Shown here piece by piece: positions 15,001 to 25,461 of a DNA stretch of 64,000 nucleotides. The translations under genes were made by a program, and so were the position numbers. The notes below the pieces were generated by a model. That model saw only the letters and a program-made list of their open reading frames with translations, did no database searches and was not told the DNA's origin. Each line of letters begins with the position of its first letter. Within the stretch, counting starts at the first letter, position 1. This DNA is from Mobula hypostoma (lineage: Eukaryota). The stretch covers positions 2,108,001 through 2,172,000 of the forward strand of contig NC_086108.1 in NCBI RefSeq assembly GCF_963921235.1, given 5' to 3'.

Positions 15001-17495
15001 AGACGAGGGAGAGTTGGTCACGGGTAGAGACGAGGGGAGTTGGTCACGGGTAGAGACGAGGGGGAGTTGGTCACGGGTAGAGGCGAGGGGGAGTTGGTCA
15101 CGGGTAGAGAGGAGGGAGAGTTGGTCACGGGTAGAGATGATGGAGTGTTGGTCACGGGTAGAGACGAGGGGAGTTGGTCATGGGTAGAGATGAGGGGGAG
15201 TTGGTCATGGGTAGAGATGAGATGGAGTTGGTTACGGGTAGAGACGAGGGGAGTTTGTCACGTGTAAAGATGAGAGGTAGTTGGTCACGGGTAGAGACGA
15301 GGGGAGTTGGTCACGGGTAGAGACGAGGGGAGTTGGTCACGGGTAGAGATGAGGGAGAGTTGGTCATTGGTAGAGATGAGGGGAGTTGGTAATGCGTAGA
15401 GATGAGGGGAGTTTGTCACGGGTAGAGACAAGGGGATTTGGTCACGGGTAGAGAAGAGGGAGAGTTGGTCACGGGTAGAGACGAGGGAGAGTTGGTCACA
15501 GGTAGAGACGGGGGGAGTTGGTCATGGGTAGAGATGACGGAGTGTTGGTCATGGGTAGAGATGAAGGAGAGTTGGTCATGGGTAGAGACGAGGGGAGTTG
15601 GTCATGGGTAGAGATGAGGGAGGGTTGTTCATGGGTAGAGACGAGGGAGAGTTGGTCACTGGTAGAGACGAGGGTGAGTTGGTCACGGGTAGAGACGAGG
15701 GAGAGTTGGTAACGGGTAGAGACGAGGGAGAGTTGGTCATGGGTAGAGACGAGGGGTGTTGGTCACGGGTAGAGACGAGAGAGATGTGTTCACGGGTAGA
15801 GGCGAGGGAGAGTTGGTCACGGGTAGAGACGAGGGAGAGTGGGTCATGGGTAGAGACGAGGGTGAGTTGTTAACGGGTAGAGACGAGGGGAGTTGGTCAC
15901 CGGTAGAGACGAGGGAAAGTTGGTCACGGGTAGAGACGAGGGGAGTTGGTCACGGGGAGAGACGAGGGGGAGTTGGTCACGGGGAGAGACGAGGGGAGTT
16001 GGTTACGGGTAGAGACGAGGGAGAGTTGGTCACGGGTAGAGACGAGGGAGAGTTGGTCACGGGTAGAGACGAGGGGAGTTGGTCACGGGTAGAGACGAGG
16101 GGGAGTTGGTGACGTGTAGAGGCGAGGTGGAGTTGGTCACGGGTAGAGAGGAGGGAGAGTTGGTCACGGGTAGAGATGATGGAGTGTTGGTCACGGGTAG
16201 AGACGAAGGGATTTGGTCATGGGTAGAGACGAAGGGAGTTGGTTACGGGTAGAGATGAGGGGGAGTTGGTCATGGGTAGAGATGAGGGGGAGTTGGTTAC
16301 GGGTAGAGACGAGGGGAGTTGGTCACGGGTAGAGACGAGGGGAGTTGGTCACGGGTAGAGATGAGGGAGAGTTGGTCATTGGTAGAGATGAGGGGAGTTG
16401 GTCATGCGTAGAGATGAGGGGAGTTTGTCACGGGTAGAGACAAGGGGATTTGGTCACGGGTAGAGAAGAGGGAGAGTTGGTCACGGGTAGAGACGAGGGA
16501 GAGTTGGTCACAGGTAGAGACGGGGGGAGTTGGTCATGGGTAGAGATGACGGAGTGTTGGTCATGGGTAGAGATGACGGAGAGTTGGTCATGGGTAGAGA
16601 CGAGGGGAGTTGGTCATGGGTAGAGATGAGGGAGAGTTGTTCATGGGTAGAGACGAGGGAGAGTTGGTCACTGGTAGAGACGAGGGTGAGTTGGTCACGG
16701 GTAGAGACGAGGGAGAGTTGGTAACGGGTAGAGACGAGGGAGAGTTGGTCATGGGTAGAGACGAGGGGTGTTGGTCACGGGTAGAGACGAGAGAGATTTG
16801 TTCACGGGTAGAGGCGAGGGAGAGTTGGTCACGGGTAGAGACGAGGGAGAGTGGGTCATGGGTAGAGACGAGGGTGAGTTGTTCACGGGTAGAGACGAGG
16901 GGAGTTGGTCATGGGTAGAGACGAAGGGAGTTGGTCATGGGTAGAGATGAGGGGAGTTTGTCACGGGTAGAGACAAGGGGAGTTGGTCACGGGTAGAGAA
17001 GAGGGAGAGTTGGTCACGGGTAGAGACGAGGGAGAGTTGGTCACGGGTAGAGACGGGGGGAGTTGGTCACGGGTAGAAACGGGGGGAGTTGGTCACGGGT
17101 AAAGACGGGGGGTGTTGGTCACGGGTAGAGACAAGGGAGAGTTGGTCACGGGTAGAGGCGAGGGAGAGTTGGTCACGGGTAGAGACAAGGGAGAGTGGGT
17201 CACGGGTAGAGACGAGGGTGAGTTTTTCACGGGTAGAGACGAGGGGAGTTGGTCACGGGTAGAGACGAGGGGAGCTGGTCACGGGCAGAGACAAGGGGGA
17301 TTTGTTCACGGGTAGAGACGAGGGGTGCTGGTCACGGGTAGAGACGAGGGGAGTTGGTCACGGGTAGAGACGAGGGAGAGTTGGTCATGGGTAGAGACGA
17401 GGAGAGTTGGTTATGGGTCTGGACAAAGGGAGCTGGTCATGGGTAGAGACGAGGGAGAGTTGTAATGGGTAGAGACGAGGGAGAGTTGTTCATGT
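1..17495. repeat. Large G-rich minisatellite/satellite array, 26/27-bp unit, with higher-order duplications; runs off the left edge
   Basis: Consensus GGTCACGGGTAGAGACGAGGGGAGTT (26 bp) with a 27-bp variant ...GAGGGAGAGTT, roughly 650 units. Frequent CACG>CATG and GACG>GATG variants. Array decays at ~17.40-17.49 kb. Confidence 0.99.
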
Positions 17496-17555
17496 GGCTT
17501 TACAGTCGGGTGATGTTCATGGATCCTTGTGGATAGTTTTCTCCCAGTTTGGCAG

Positions 17556-18795
17556 ATCAGAATCAGGTTTATAATCACCGGCATGTGACATGAAATTTGT
17601 TAACTTAGCAGCAGTTCAATGCAATACATAATCTGGCAGTGAGAGCAAAAAAATTGTAACAAATAAAATAAAAGATAATAATAAACAAGTGAATCAATTA
17701 CATATATTGAACAGACTTTTTTTAATGTGGAAAAAGAGCAATATTGTATATTAAAAAAGTGAGGTAGTGTCCAAAGCTTCAATGTCCATTTAGGAATCGG
17801 AAGGCAGTGGGGAAGAAGCTGTTCCTGAATCACTGAGTGTGTGCCTTCAGGCTTCTGTACCTCCCACCTGATTTTGACAGTGAGAAAAGGGCATGTCCCT
17901 GGGGGTTGGAGGTCTTTAATAATGGACGCTGCCTTTCTGAGACAGTGCTCTCTAAAGATGTCCTGGGTAGTTTGTAGGCTGGTGCCCAAGATGGAGCTGA
18001 CTAGAATTACAACCTTCTGCAGCTTCTTTCAGTCCTGTGCAGTAGCCCCTCCATACCAGACAGTGAAGCAGCCTGTCAGAATGCTCTCCACAGTACAACT
18101 ATAGAAGTTTCTGAGTGTATTTGTCGACATGCCGAATCTCTTCAAACTCCTAATAAAGTACAGCCACTGTCTTGCCTTCTTTATGACTACATCAATATGT
18201 TGAGACCAGGTTAGATCCTCAGAGATCTTGACACCCAGGAACTTGAATCTGCTCACTCTCTCCACTTCTGATCCCTCTATGAGGATTGGTATGTGCTCCT
18301 TCATCTTACCCTTCCTGAAGTCCACAATCAGCTCTTTCGTCTTACTGACGTTGAGTGCCAGGTTGTTGCTACGACACCACTCCACTAGTTGGCATATCTC
18401 ACTCCTGTACGCCCTCTCGTCACCACCTGAGATTCTACCAACAATGGTTATATCCTCAACAAATTTGTGGATGGTGTTTGAGCTATGCCTAGCCACACAG
18501 TCATGTGTATACAGAGAGTAGAGCAGTGGGCTAAGCACACACCCCTGAGGTGCACCAGTGTTGATCGTCAGCGAGGAGGATATGTTATCACCAATCCACA
18601 CAGATTGTGGTCTTCCGGTTAGAAAGTCTGGGATCCAATTGCCGAGGGAGGTACAGAGGCCCAGGTTCTGCAGCTTCTCAATCAGGATTGTGGGAATGAT
18701 GGTATTAAATGCTGAGCTGTAGTCGATGAACAGCATCCTGACGTAGGTGTTGTGTTGTCCAGGTGGTCTGAAGCCGTGTGGAGAGCCATTGCGAT
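17556..18795 (-). mobile_element. 5'-truncated Rex1/Babar-type LINE (RT C-terminal part plus 3' UTR)
   Basis: ORF 18029-18736 has [32 protein letters not shown] and [15 protein letters not shown], with a frameshifted continuation at 17600-17989. Tail is ...TAAACCTGATTCTGATCTG. Confidence 0.85.
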
Positions 18796-18939
18796 CAATA
18801 AATATTTGCTACAGTCCCCACACTCGATTTTGTAATTCTTTATTTTTTCCAGTAAAGGCTGACAAGAAAATGTATTTCAAAGTAGTATATGGTACTGTAT
18901 ACATCCTTTACCAGTTTGGGTCCCCTCTGCCATGAGATA

Positions 18940-19127
18940 TCTGAACGCACATTGAACCCATGAACAATACTTTATTATTTTTTAATTTCCTATTTCGCAC
19001 TGCTTATTTAATGTAAGTACTGCATATATTACATAATTCATGTTTTTTTCTTATTATATATTGCATCGCTTTGCTGCCCGTAAAGACATCAAATTTCACC
19101 ATCATATGCTGGTGAGATTAAACCTGA
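18940..19127 (+). mobile_element. Rex1-type LINE 3' UTR remnant; its tail is split by the Penelope insertion and resumes at ~20411-20430
   Basis: AATTTCACCATCATATGCTGGTGAGATTAAACCTGA|...|AGATTAAACCTGATTCTG resembles the tails at 17556-17600 and 27900-27955. Confidence 0.7.
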
Positions 19128-20414
19128 GCAACATACATCAAAGTTGCTGGTGAACGCAGCAGGCCAGGCAGCATCTATAGGAAGAGGCGCAGTCGACGTT
19201 TCAGGCCGAGACCCTTCGTCAGGACTAACTGAAGGAAGAGTGAGTAAGGGATTTGAAAGCTGGAAGGGGAGGGGGAGATGCAAAATGATAGGAGAAGACA
19301 GGAGGGGGAGGGATGGAGCCGAGAGCTGGACAGGTGATAGGCAAAAGGGGATACGAGAGGATCATGGGACAGGAGGTCCGGGAAGAAAGACAGGGGGGGG
19401 GGTGACCCAGAGGATGGGCAAGAGGTATATTCAGAGGGACAGAGGGAGAAAAAGGAGAGTGAGAGAAAGAATGTGTGCATAAAAATGAGTAACAGATGGG
19501 GTACGAGGGGGAGGTGGGGCCTAGCGGAAGTTAGAGAAGTCAATGTTCATGCCATCAGGTTGGAGGCTACCCAGACGGAATATAAGGTGTTGTTCCTCCA
19601 ACCTGAGTGTGGCTTCATCTTTACAGTAGAGGAGGCCGTGGATAGATATGTCAGAATGGGAATGGGATGTGGAATTAAAATGTGTGGCCACTGGGAGATC
19701 CTGCTTTCTCTGGCGGACAGAGCGTAGATGTTCAGCAAAGCGGTCTCCCAGTCTGCGTCGGGTCTCACCAATATATAAAAGGCCACATCGGGAGCACCGG
19801 ACGCAGTATATCACCCCAGTCGACTCACAGGTGAAGTGATGCCTCACCTGGAAGGACTGTTTGGGGCCCTGAATGGTGGTAAGGGAGGAAGTGTAAGGGC
19901 ATGTGTAGCACTTGTTCCGCTTACACGGATAAGTGCCAGGAGGGAGATCAGTGGGGAGGGATGGGGGGGACGAATGGACAAGGGAGTTGTGTAGGGAGCG
20001 ATCCCTGCGGAATGCAGAGAGAGGGGGGGAGGGAAAGATGTGCTTAGTGGTGGGATCCCATTGGAGGTGGCGGAAGTTACGGAGAATAATATGTTGGACC
20101 CGGAGGCTGGTGGGGTGGTAGGTGAGGACCAGGGGAACCCTATTCCTAGTGGGGTGGCGGGAGGATAGAGTGAGAGCAGATGTACGTGAAATGGGGGAGA
20201 TGCGTTTAAGAGCAGAGTTGATAGTGGAGGAAGGGAAGCCCCTTTCTTTAAAAAATGAAGACATCTCCCTCGTCCTAGAATGAAAAGCCTCATCCTGAGA
20301 GCAGATGCGGCGGAGACGGAGGAATTGCGAGAAGGGGATGGCGTTTTTGCAAGAGACAGGGTGAGAAGAGGAATAGTCCAGATAGCTGTGAGAGTCAGTA
20401 GGCTTATAGTAGAT
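19128..20414 (-). mobile_element. 5'-truncated Penelope-like element (Neptune-like): RT thumb, Cys-rich linker, GIY-YIG endonuclease and 3' pseudo-LTR
   Basis: Uninterrupted frame 20414-19521: YYKPTDSHSYLDYSSSHP...PCKRNKCYTC...GVIYCVRCSRCGLLYIGETRRRLGDRFAEH...LGSLQPDGMN. Flanked by AGATTAAACCTGA at 19115-19127 and 20411-20423. Confidence 0.93.
19191..19226 (-). ncRNA. Minimal type I hammerhead ribozyme motif in the Penelope pLTR (intact core)
   Basis: Minus strand reads AGTC-CTGACGA-AGGGTCTCGGCCT-GAAA-CGTC^GACT: stem I AGTC/GACT, CUGANGA and GAAA cores, GUC cleavage triplet, palindromic ACGT helix III. Confidence 0.8.
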
Positions 20415-20554
20415 TAAACCTGATTCTGGATGGACATTTTGTGGACTACAATAACCATAAGGCACTACGCAGACTCATGCGCAGCAGGAGCATCCCGCAG
20501 ACCGAGGAGCACGCCGTAGCAAGCCGCACGTTGATTGGTCGGGGCCTGACTGAG

Positions 20555-20564
20555 GGGGATTCCC
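20555..20564 (+). promoter_or_regulatory. Canonical NF-kB binding site GGGGATTCCC
   Basis: Perfect GGGRNWYYCC match about 140-190 bp upstream of the two candidate ATGs of an IkB gene. Confidence 0.75.
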
Positions 20565-20704
20565 GTCGGCCAGGAGGGTAAACAAGGCGCCGGCCATCTT
20601 CATTTGAGGGGCTGAGTCGGGGGGAGGAGGCGCCGCCGCTTTCTTCGCCCTTTCCTGGCGAAACGGAGGAAATAATGGGTGCTCCACCTCACCGATCCGG
20701 TTAG

Positions 20705-21081
20705 ATGAGTTGGAAAAGCGGTGCTGGTCCGACTGTCGAAGCCGACATGGAGATGCTGGTCAACGAGGAGCCGCGGCGGCCGAAGCCGGACCCGGGCAAA
20801 ACGGCTGTGGCTCCGTGGGGCGGCGAGGCCGAGGCCGACGACTGCTACGACAGCGGCATTAGCTCGCTGAGCGAGATGCCGAGCCGCCACTTCGACCCGT
20901 TGGACGAGGCCAAGGCGGCAGGCGAACCCGAGTCGCAGCCCGACGTGTGGCCGAGCAGCGAGCGGAGGCTGGAGGGCGGCGTCGGCCACATCATCCGCGG
21001 CCTGGAGCGGGTGGAGCTCCAGGATAGCGAGAAGAGCAGCGTAATCTGGATGCTGGGCTATTGCAACGAGGACCTGGACTC
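20705..21081 (+). CDS. NFKBIB: IkB-beta-like coding exon 1 (signal-response degron DSGISS and start of ankyrin repeat 1); start may be the in-frame ATG at 20747
   Basis: Encodes ...DDCYDSGISSLSE...LGYCNEDLDS. Phase-2 donor TC|GTGAGT at 21082. ATG 20747 has strong Kozak context (GCCGACATGG); ATG 20705 is weak (TTAGATGA). Confidence 0.85.
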
Positions 21082-21084
21082 GTG

Positions 21085-21450
21085 AGTATGCACGTTCGTG
21101 CTCGGGGGACACGCTCACGCGTGTGCCGGGGGGGTGCTCGGTCACACGTATGCGCGTTCGTTCTCGGGCTCCCGCTAGTGCCCCGGTACGCGTGCGCTCT
21201 TGGGCACACTCACTCATGCACGTTTACCAACCTGTGCTCACAAACGCGTGCACAGCTGAGCTCTGGCTCATGCACAAGCACACCAGTGCTCGAGCGCCTG
21301 CTCACACGCACTTGCACACGTATAACTTCAATGTGTGCAATTACATGCATTGCACACAAATGTGTATGCTTGTACATCTGTACACATGCATTTGTTCGCT
21401 TGCACCTGAGTAAACCTGTAGCTACACACATTTGCTAGCTTGTGTGCACA
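21085..21450. repeat. Degenerate alternating purine-pyrimidine (CA/TG/CG) low-complexity tract at the start of intron 1
   Basis: Runs such as CACGCGTGTGC, GTACGCGTGCGC, TGCACACGTATA and TGTACACATGCA. Confidence 0.6.
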
Positions 21451-22177
21451 CTGTAAATACTGTTTTCCCCGGATATCCTGGATCTGTGTTCCAATAATTT
21501 GGAATGCTTTAGCATCTCTCGGCCATTGGCATCCGCGCCTTCAGCTGACTTGGCCACATTCCCTTCATAAAGCTCAACCTCTTTCCTCAAAGATTGCTCA
21601 AAATACCGACTTCAAGGGTTTCTTGGCCAGGGTTTCATATTTCCTTGTGAGTGCCTTGGTAAAGTACCCCTCTGTAGTGTTGGAGTTGTTTTGTCAAAAT
21701 GTCCGTTTTTTGAATTGTGGATGTTTCTGCACAGTGCATAAGTTGAGACACACAGAATGCTAGAGGTTCAAGTGTGTGAGTTTGCGCTCTCTTTCCCCAT
21801 AGATGCTGTCTTTTCCACAATTTTGATAAAGAAAATGTTTAGTTTATTGTTGCAGTTGTAAACTTGGTACTTACAACAGAGTTGTGTTTACACGTATGTT
21901 GACTTGAACTTTAATGCTAGTGTCACTAGAGTGGGTTTTGAAGGCTTTGAAGAGGTATGACTTGCATAAAAGTGAGTATTGGTGTTGTTGACTGAACAAG
22001 CAGACATTTCTGATGGCGCACCTGTTATCAGAGGAAGCAGGGGTTTTGCAGTTTTAACAGGCTAAGGGAAGATTTTAATTGAGATATTTGTGTCTTGGCA
22101 GAGAAATAGAAGGAAAGATCTATTTGCTGTAGAAACAAATTTACAACTAATGGACATAGGCTTGCTGTAACCTATAA

Positions 22178-22257
22178 CAGAAGTTCCCAACCTGGAGTGC
22201 ACAGATCTCTTGCTCAGTGGTCGAGGTCCATGGCATTTAAGAGTTTGGGAATCCCTG
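22178..22257. mobile_element. ~80-bp hAT/Charlie-like MITE
   Basis: Ends CAGAAGTTCCCAACC...TTTGGGAATCCCTG. Related copies at 38304-38368 and 55861-55922. Confidence 0.6.
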
Positions 22258-22672
22258 ACCTAGGGGAGTACGGGGAGTTCAGGGTTTTTTCCACTTAACA
22301 ATATAGTGTTTGATCTGGAACTCTATGGATTTATTACACAATAGAAGGAAACCATTCGGCCCATCTGAGCAATCCCTTCCTACCTGCAACCTCCATCCCT
22401 ACCCCTTTCAGGAAGGTCTTGAAGCCCTGTGTTTTTTTTCCAACATTGACGATCCAGTCACTGCTCACCTGTCATTTTGCACCCCTCATCAGTACCCCAG
22501 TTTGTCTCAACCTCCTTTCTCACCACTCCCCCATCTCTTTATGCTAGATTTCTCGACACTTTCTTTCCGTCCATGTGTGCTTCTCCATCTGAGAAATCCT
22601 ATCAGTTCCAGTACCCCTTTAGCCCTGCTCTTTATTCACACACTTTTATCCTTTGCCTTTGCCAGAGAATAA

Positions 22673-23444
22673 CACTGGACAACAACTTTTTTTGAACATG
22701 CTGCTGCCTCAGAAAAGTTTTGTTGTTTACAATAGACCCCTTGAGGCTGAATATGAATATCATTTCAGACTACTTGTATCACATGGGAATGTGGTGAAAC
22801 AAGAAATTTATGTTTATTGAATAAAATCTGTTTAATTGCATGACAGTGCTGATGCTTTACAATAGTTGAACTCAATGTTTCATTGATGATTTTCATTTAT
22901 ACTCAGTATCAGAGGCTTTTCATTTAAGTGTCCAACAATAATCAGCCGGCATTGATGGATTCCAGTTGCCCTGATACCGTTTCTCCATGACTGTAATGTA
23001 CTGGTGAAACCTCTCACCGTGCTCGTCACTGACAGCGCCAAGATTTGCAGGGAAGAAGTCTAAATGGGAATGCAGAAAATAAGTCTTTTGTGACATGGTT
23101 TTGTATGATTGAAGCATGTTGTCAACCAGCTGCATGTAGGTTGATGCTCTGTAGATGCCAAGAAAACTTTCAACAACATCCCTGAATGCCTTCAATTCAG
23201 CTTTTTCCAGTCCCACGAGAAGTTGTTGGGATTGCCTGTCGTTGATGACCTGTTTGATTTGCGGACCGACAAGTGTGCCTTCCTTAACCTGAGCATCAGT
23301 TATTCTGACTTGAATTAAGAGATATAGACGATTTAAAAAGACGCATGATAGGGAAATTTTATGTAATTGTCATGATCAGCAGACCAAAATGCTTGGCGTA
23401 TTGTCCCAGAAGCATTCAGGAAGCAGAATCTTTGTTGTTCAGTG
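22673..23444 (-). mobile_element. Internally deleted DNA transposon, Chapaev3-like (CMC superfamily), with TIRs
   Basis: TIRs CACTGGACAACAAC and (reverse complement) CACTGAACAACAAA. Transposase remnant VKEGTLVGPQIKQ...HSHLDFFPANLGAVSDEHGERFHQ...MEKRYQGNWNPSMPADYCW. Family assignment is from recall of the motif. Confidence 0.7.
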
Positions 23445-23459
23445 AACACAGTGACATTT

Positions 23460-23592
23460 CTTTGGGATATTGGAGGAAATCGGGGGACCCACCAGGTCAT
23501 AAGGAGAATATGTGAACTTTACACAGAGATCGCTGGAGGCTAGGACTGGACCAAGTTCCCTGAAACACTGAAGGGGTGCCACTAACTGCTGC
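23460..23592 (-). mobile_element. Degenerate V-SINE/HE1-like SINE fragment
   Basis: TCTTTGGGATATTGGAGGAAATCGG...GGTCATAAGGAGAATATGTGAAC resembles the reverse complement of the 54097-54365 copy. Confidence 0.5.
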
Positions 23593-23637
23593 ATGATTCT
23601 CTGTCTCCCCTTCCCCCCCTTAACAAATTTATCAAAA

Positions 23638-23912
23638 ACATAGAAGAGTACAGCACAGGAGCAGGCCCTTCGGCCCATAATGTTGTGCCAAACCAGCTAG
23701 AAAATAAATCAAAAACCGCCCAAAAAGCTAATCCCTCCTACCTACACCATGTCCGTATCCCTCCATCTTCCTCACGTTCTTGTGCCTATCCAAGCATATC
23801 TTAAAAGCCTCTAATGTATTTGCCTCTACCACCAGACCAGGCAACACATTCCAGGCATCCATCACTGAGTAAACAAACTTGCTCCACTCATCCCCTTTGA
23901 ACCTTTAATGCA
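23638..23912 (-). mobile_element. CR1 LINE 3' end
   Basis: ACATAGAAGAGTACAGCACAGG...GGCCCTTCGGCCC is the reverse complement of the tail at 30720-30770. Confidence 0.75.
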
Positions 23913-23919
23913 TGCCCGC

Positions 23920-24435
23920 TGAGGATGTTCTACGAGTCTGTGGGGGCCAGTGCTATCATGTTGCTGTTGTGTGCTGGGGCAGCAGGCTGAGGGGAGCAGA
24001 CACCAACAAAATCAACAAACTCATTCGTAAGGCCAGTGATGTTGTGGGGATGGAACTGGACTCTCTGACGGTGGTGTCTGAAAAGAGGATGCTGTCTAAG
24101 TTGCATGCCATCTTGGACAATGTCTCCCATCCACTACATAATGTACTGGGTGGGCACAGGAGTACATTCAGCCAGAGACTCATTCCTCCGAGATGCAGCA
24201 CGGAGCGTCATAGGAAGTCAGTCCTGCCTGTGGCCATCAAACTTTACAACTCCTCCCTTGGAGGGTCAGACACCCTGTGCCGATAGGCTGGTCCTGGACT
24301 TATTTCATAATTTACTGGCATAACCTACATATTACTATTTAACTATTTATAGTTCTATTACTATTTATTATTTATGGTGCAACTGTAATGAAAACCAATT
24401 TCCCCCTGGGATCAATAAAGTATGACTATGACTAT
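23920..24435 (+). mobile_element. Rex1-type LINE 3' fragment
   Basis: AVVCWGSRLRGADTNKINKLIRKASDVVG...RHRKSVLPVAIKLYN, with tail GGATCAATAAAGTATGACTATGACTAT. Confidence 0.8.
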
Positions 24436-24934
24436 TAGTCATTTCTCTTTAAAATCCACGTTGACTCTGCCGATCCAATTATTGTTACTTCTTCCTTAAC
24501 AATAAGTTGCAGCATTTTCCCTAGTACTGATGTCAAGATAACTGATCTTTAGCTCCCTGTTTCCCCCCTTCTTTCTGGAATGGTGGGGTCACATTTACCA
24601 TATTGGAGTCTCAAATCTTTAGAGAATAATAATGAATGCGTCTATTGCCACCTCCTTCAAAGCTGCTTGCTAGGTCCAGGGAAAGTGGTATTAATCAGTT
24701 CTTCTGATTCTATTAATTTTTCATTACTGATTTCTTTGTGTCTTGTCATTTATTCTAGACCTTCACTGCTTCAAAAAGATCTGCTTAATGTTGTAACCTC
24801 TTGGGCTTTATGGTTCCTTTTGATGTTTGCACTTGTAAGCAGCTGTCTGGTTCATTTTTACATTAAACAAAGTATTATGCTATACAACAATCTCAATTAT
24901 AGGGTACATTGATAGGTATATATGTATCTACTTC

Positions 24935-25312
24935 CTACCCCTAATCACACATCTTTGGAATGTGGGAGGACAGCCATGCGATCATGGGGAGAATGTACTA
25001 ACTCCTTGCAGACCACGATGGGGATCAAACCCAGGTCATCGATTCTTGCCGCTGTATAGTAATTGCGTAAACTGCAATGCCATGATTCTACCAGTTAAAC
25101 TTCATGCCACTCAGCATTCACTCCAACTTTACCCGGGTGTAATCATGGGACAATTTACAATGACCAATTAACCTACCCACCAACCAGTACATCTTTGGAC
25201 TGTGGGAGGAAACCCACAGGGTCATGGGGAGAATGTACAAACTCCTTACAGACGGTGGTTGAATTTGAACCCAGGTCACAGCTATGTAAAGTGTTATGCC
25301 TCTACGCCACCC
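24935..25312 (-). mobile_element. Two adjacent V-SINE/HE1-like SINE copies
   Basis: Two blocks TCTTTGGA(A/C)TGTGGGAGGA...CATGGGGAGAATGTAC, each followed by a reverse B-box-like sequence. Confidence 0.7.
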
Positions 25313-25461
25313 CACAGTTTTATTAACATGATTATTACCAGTACAAGAATAGGCTTTTGGCCTGTCGTGTCAGATAATAATTCTTTGGAAGATCTAGTCT
25401 AGCTATTTCCTCAAAACTGTTGGGAAGAAACAAAATCCTGTAATTCTGCCATTTTAATATA

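Larger units (their letters stand above)
20440..21250 (+). promoter_or_regulatory. CpG island / promoter and first exon region of the IkB gene
   Basis: GC- and CpG-rich tract against an AT-rich, CpG-depleted background. ZNF143/Staf-like ACTACAATAACCATAAGGC at 20445-20463, reverse CCAAT at 20534-20538, YY1-like GCCATCTT at 20593-20600. Confidence 0.85.

Noticed and set aside
916..17315. Dozens of repetitive ORFs (GRDEGELVT / SWSRVETR peptides)
   Set aside because: They are translations of the 26/27-bp satellite. Frames shift and stop with unit length, and most starts are TTG/GTG with no splice structure.
1..17495. CRISPR-like array or telomeric repeat
   Set aside because: No unique spacers, no cas genes and a eukaryotic context. 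There are no tandem TTAGGG hexamers.
20475..21217. Antisense ORFs (205 aa and 70 aa) as a head-to-head gene such as SIRT2, which neighbours NFKBIB in mammals
   Set aside because: No recognisable homology; long ORFs are expected in GC-rich islands. The minus-strand ATG before the possible donor near 20692 hits a stop, and no sirtuin exons were seen in the window.
23447..23453. CACAGTG RSS heptamer
   Set aside because: No nonamer at 12 or 23 spacing and no V/J segment nearby.
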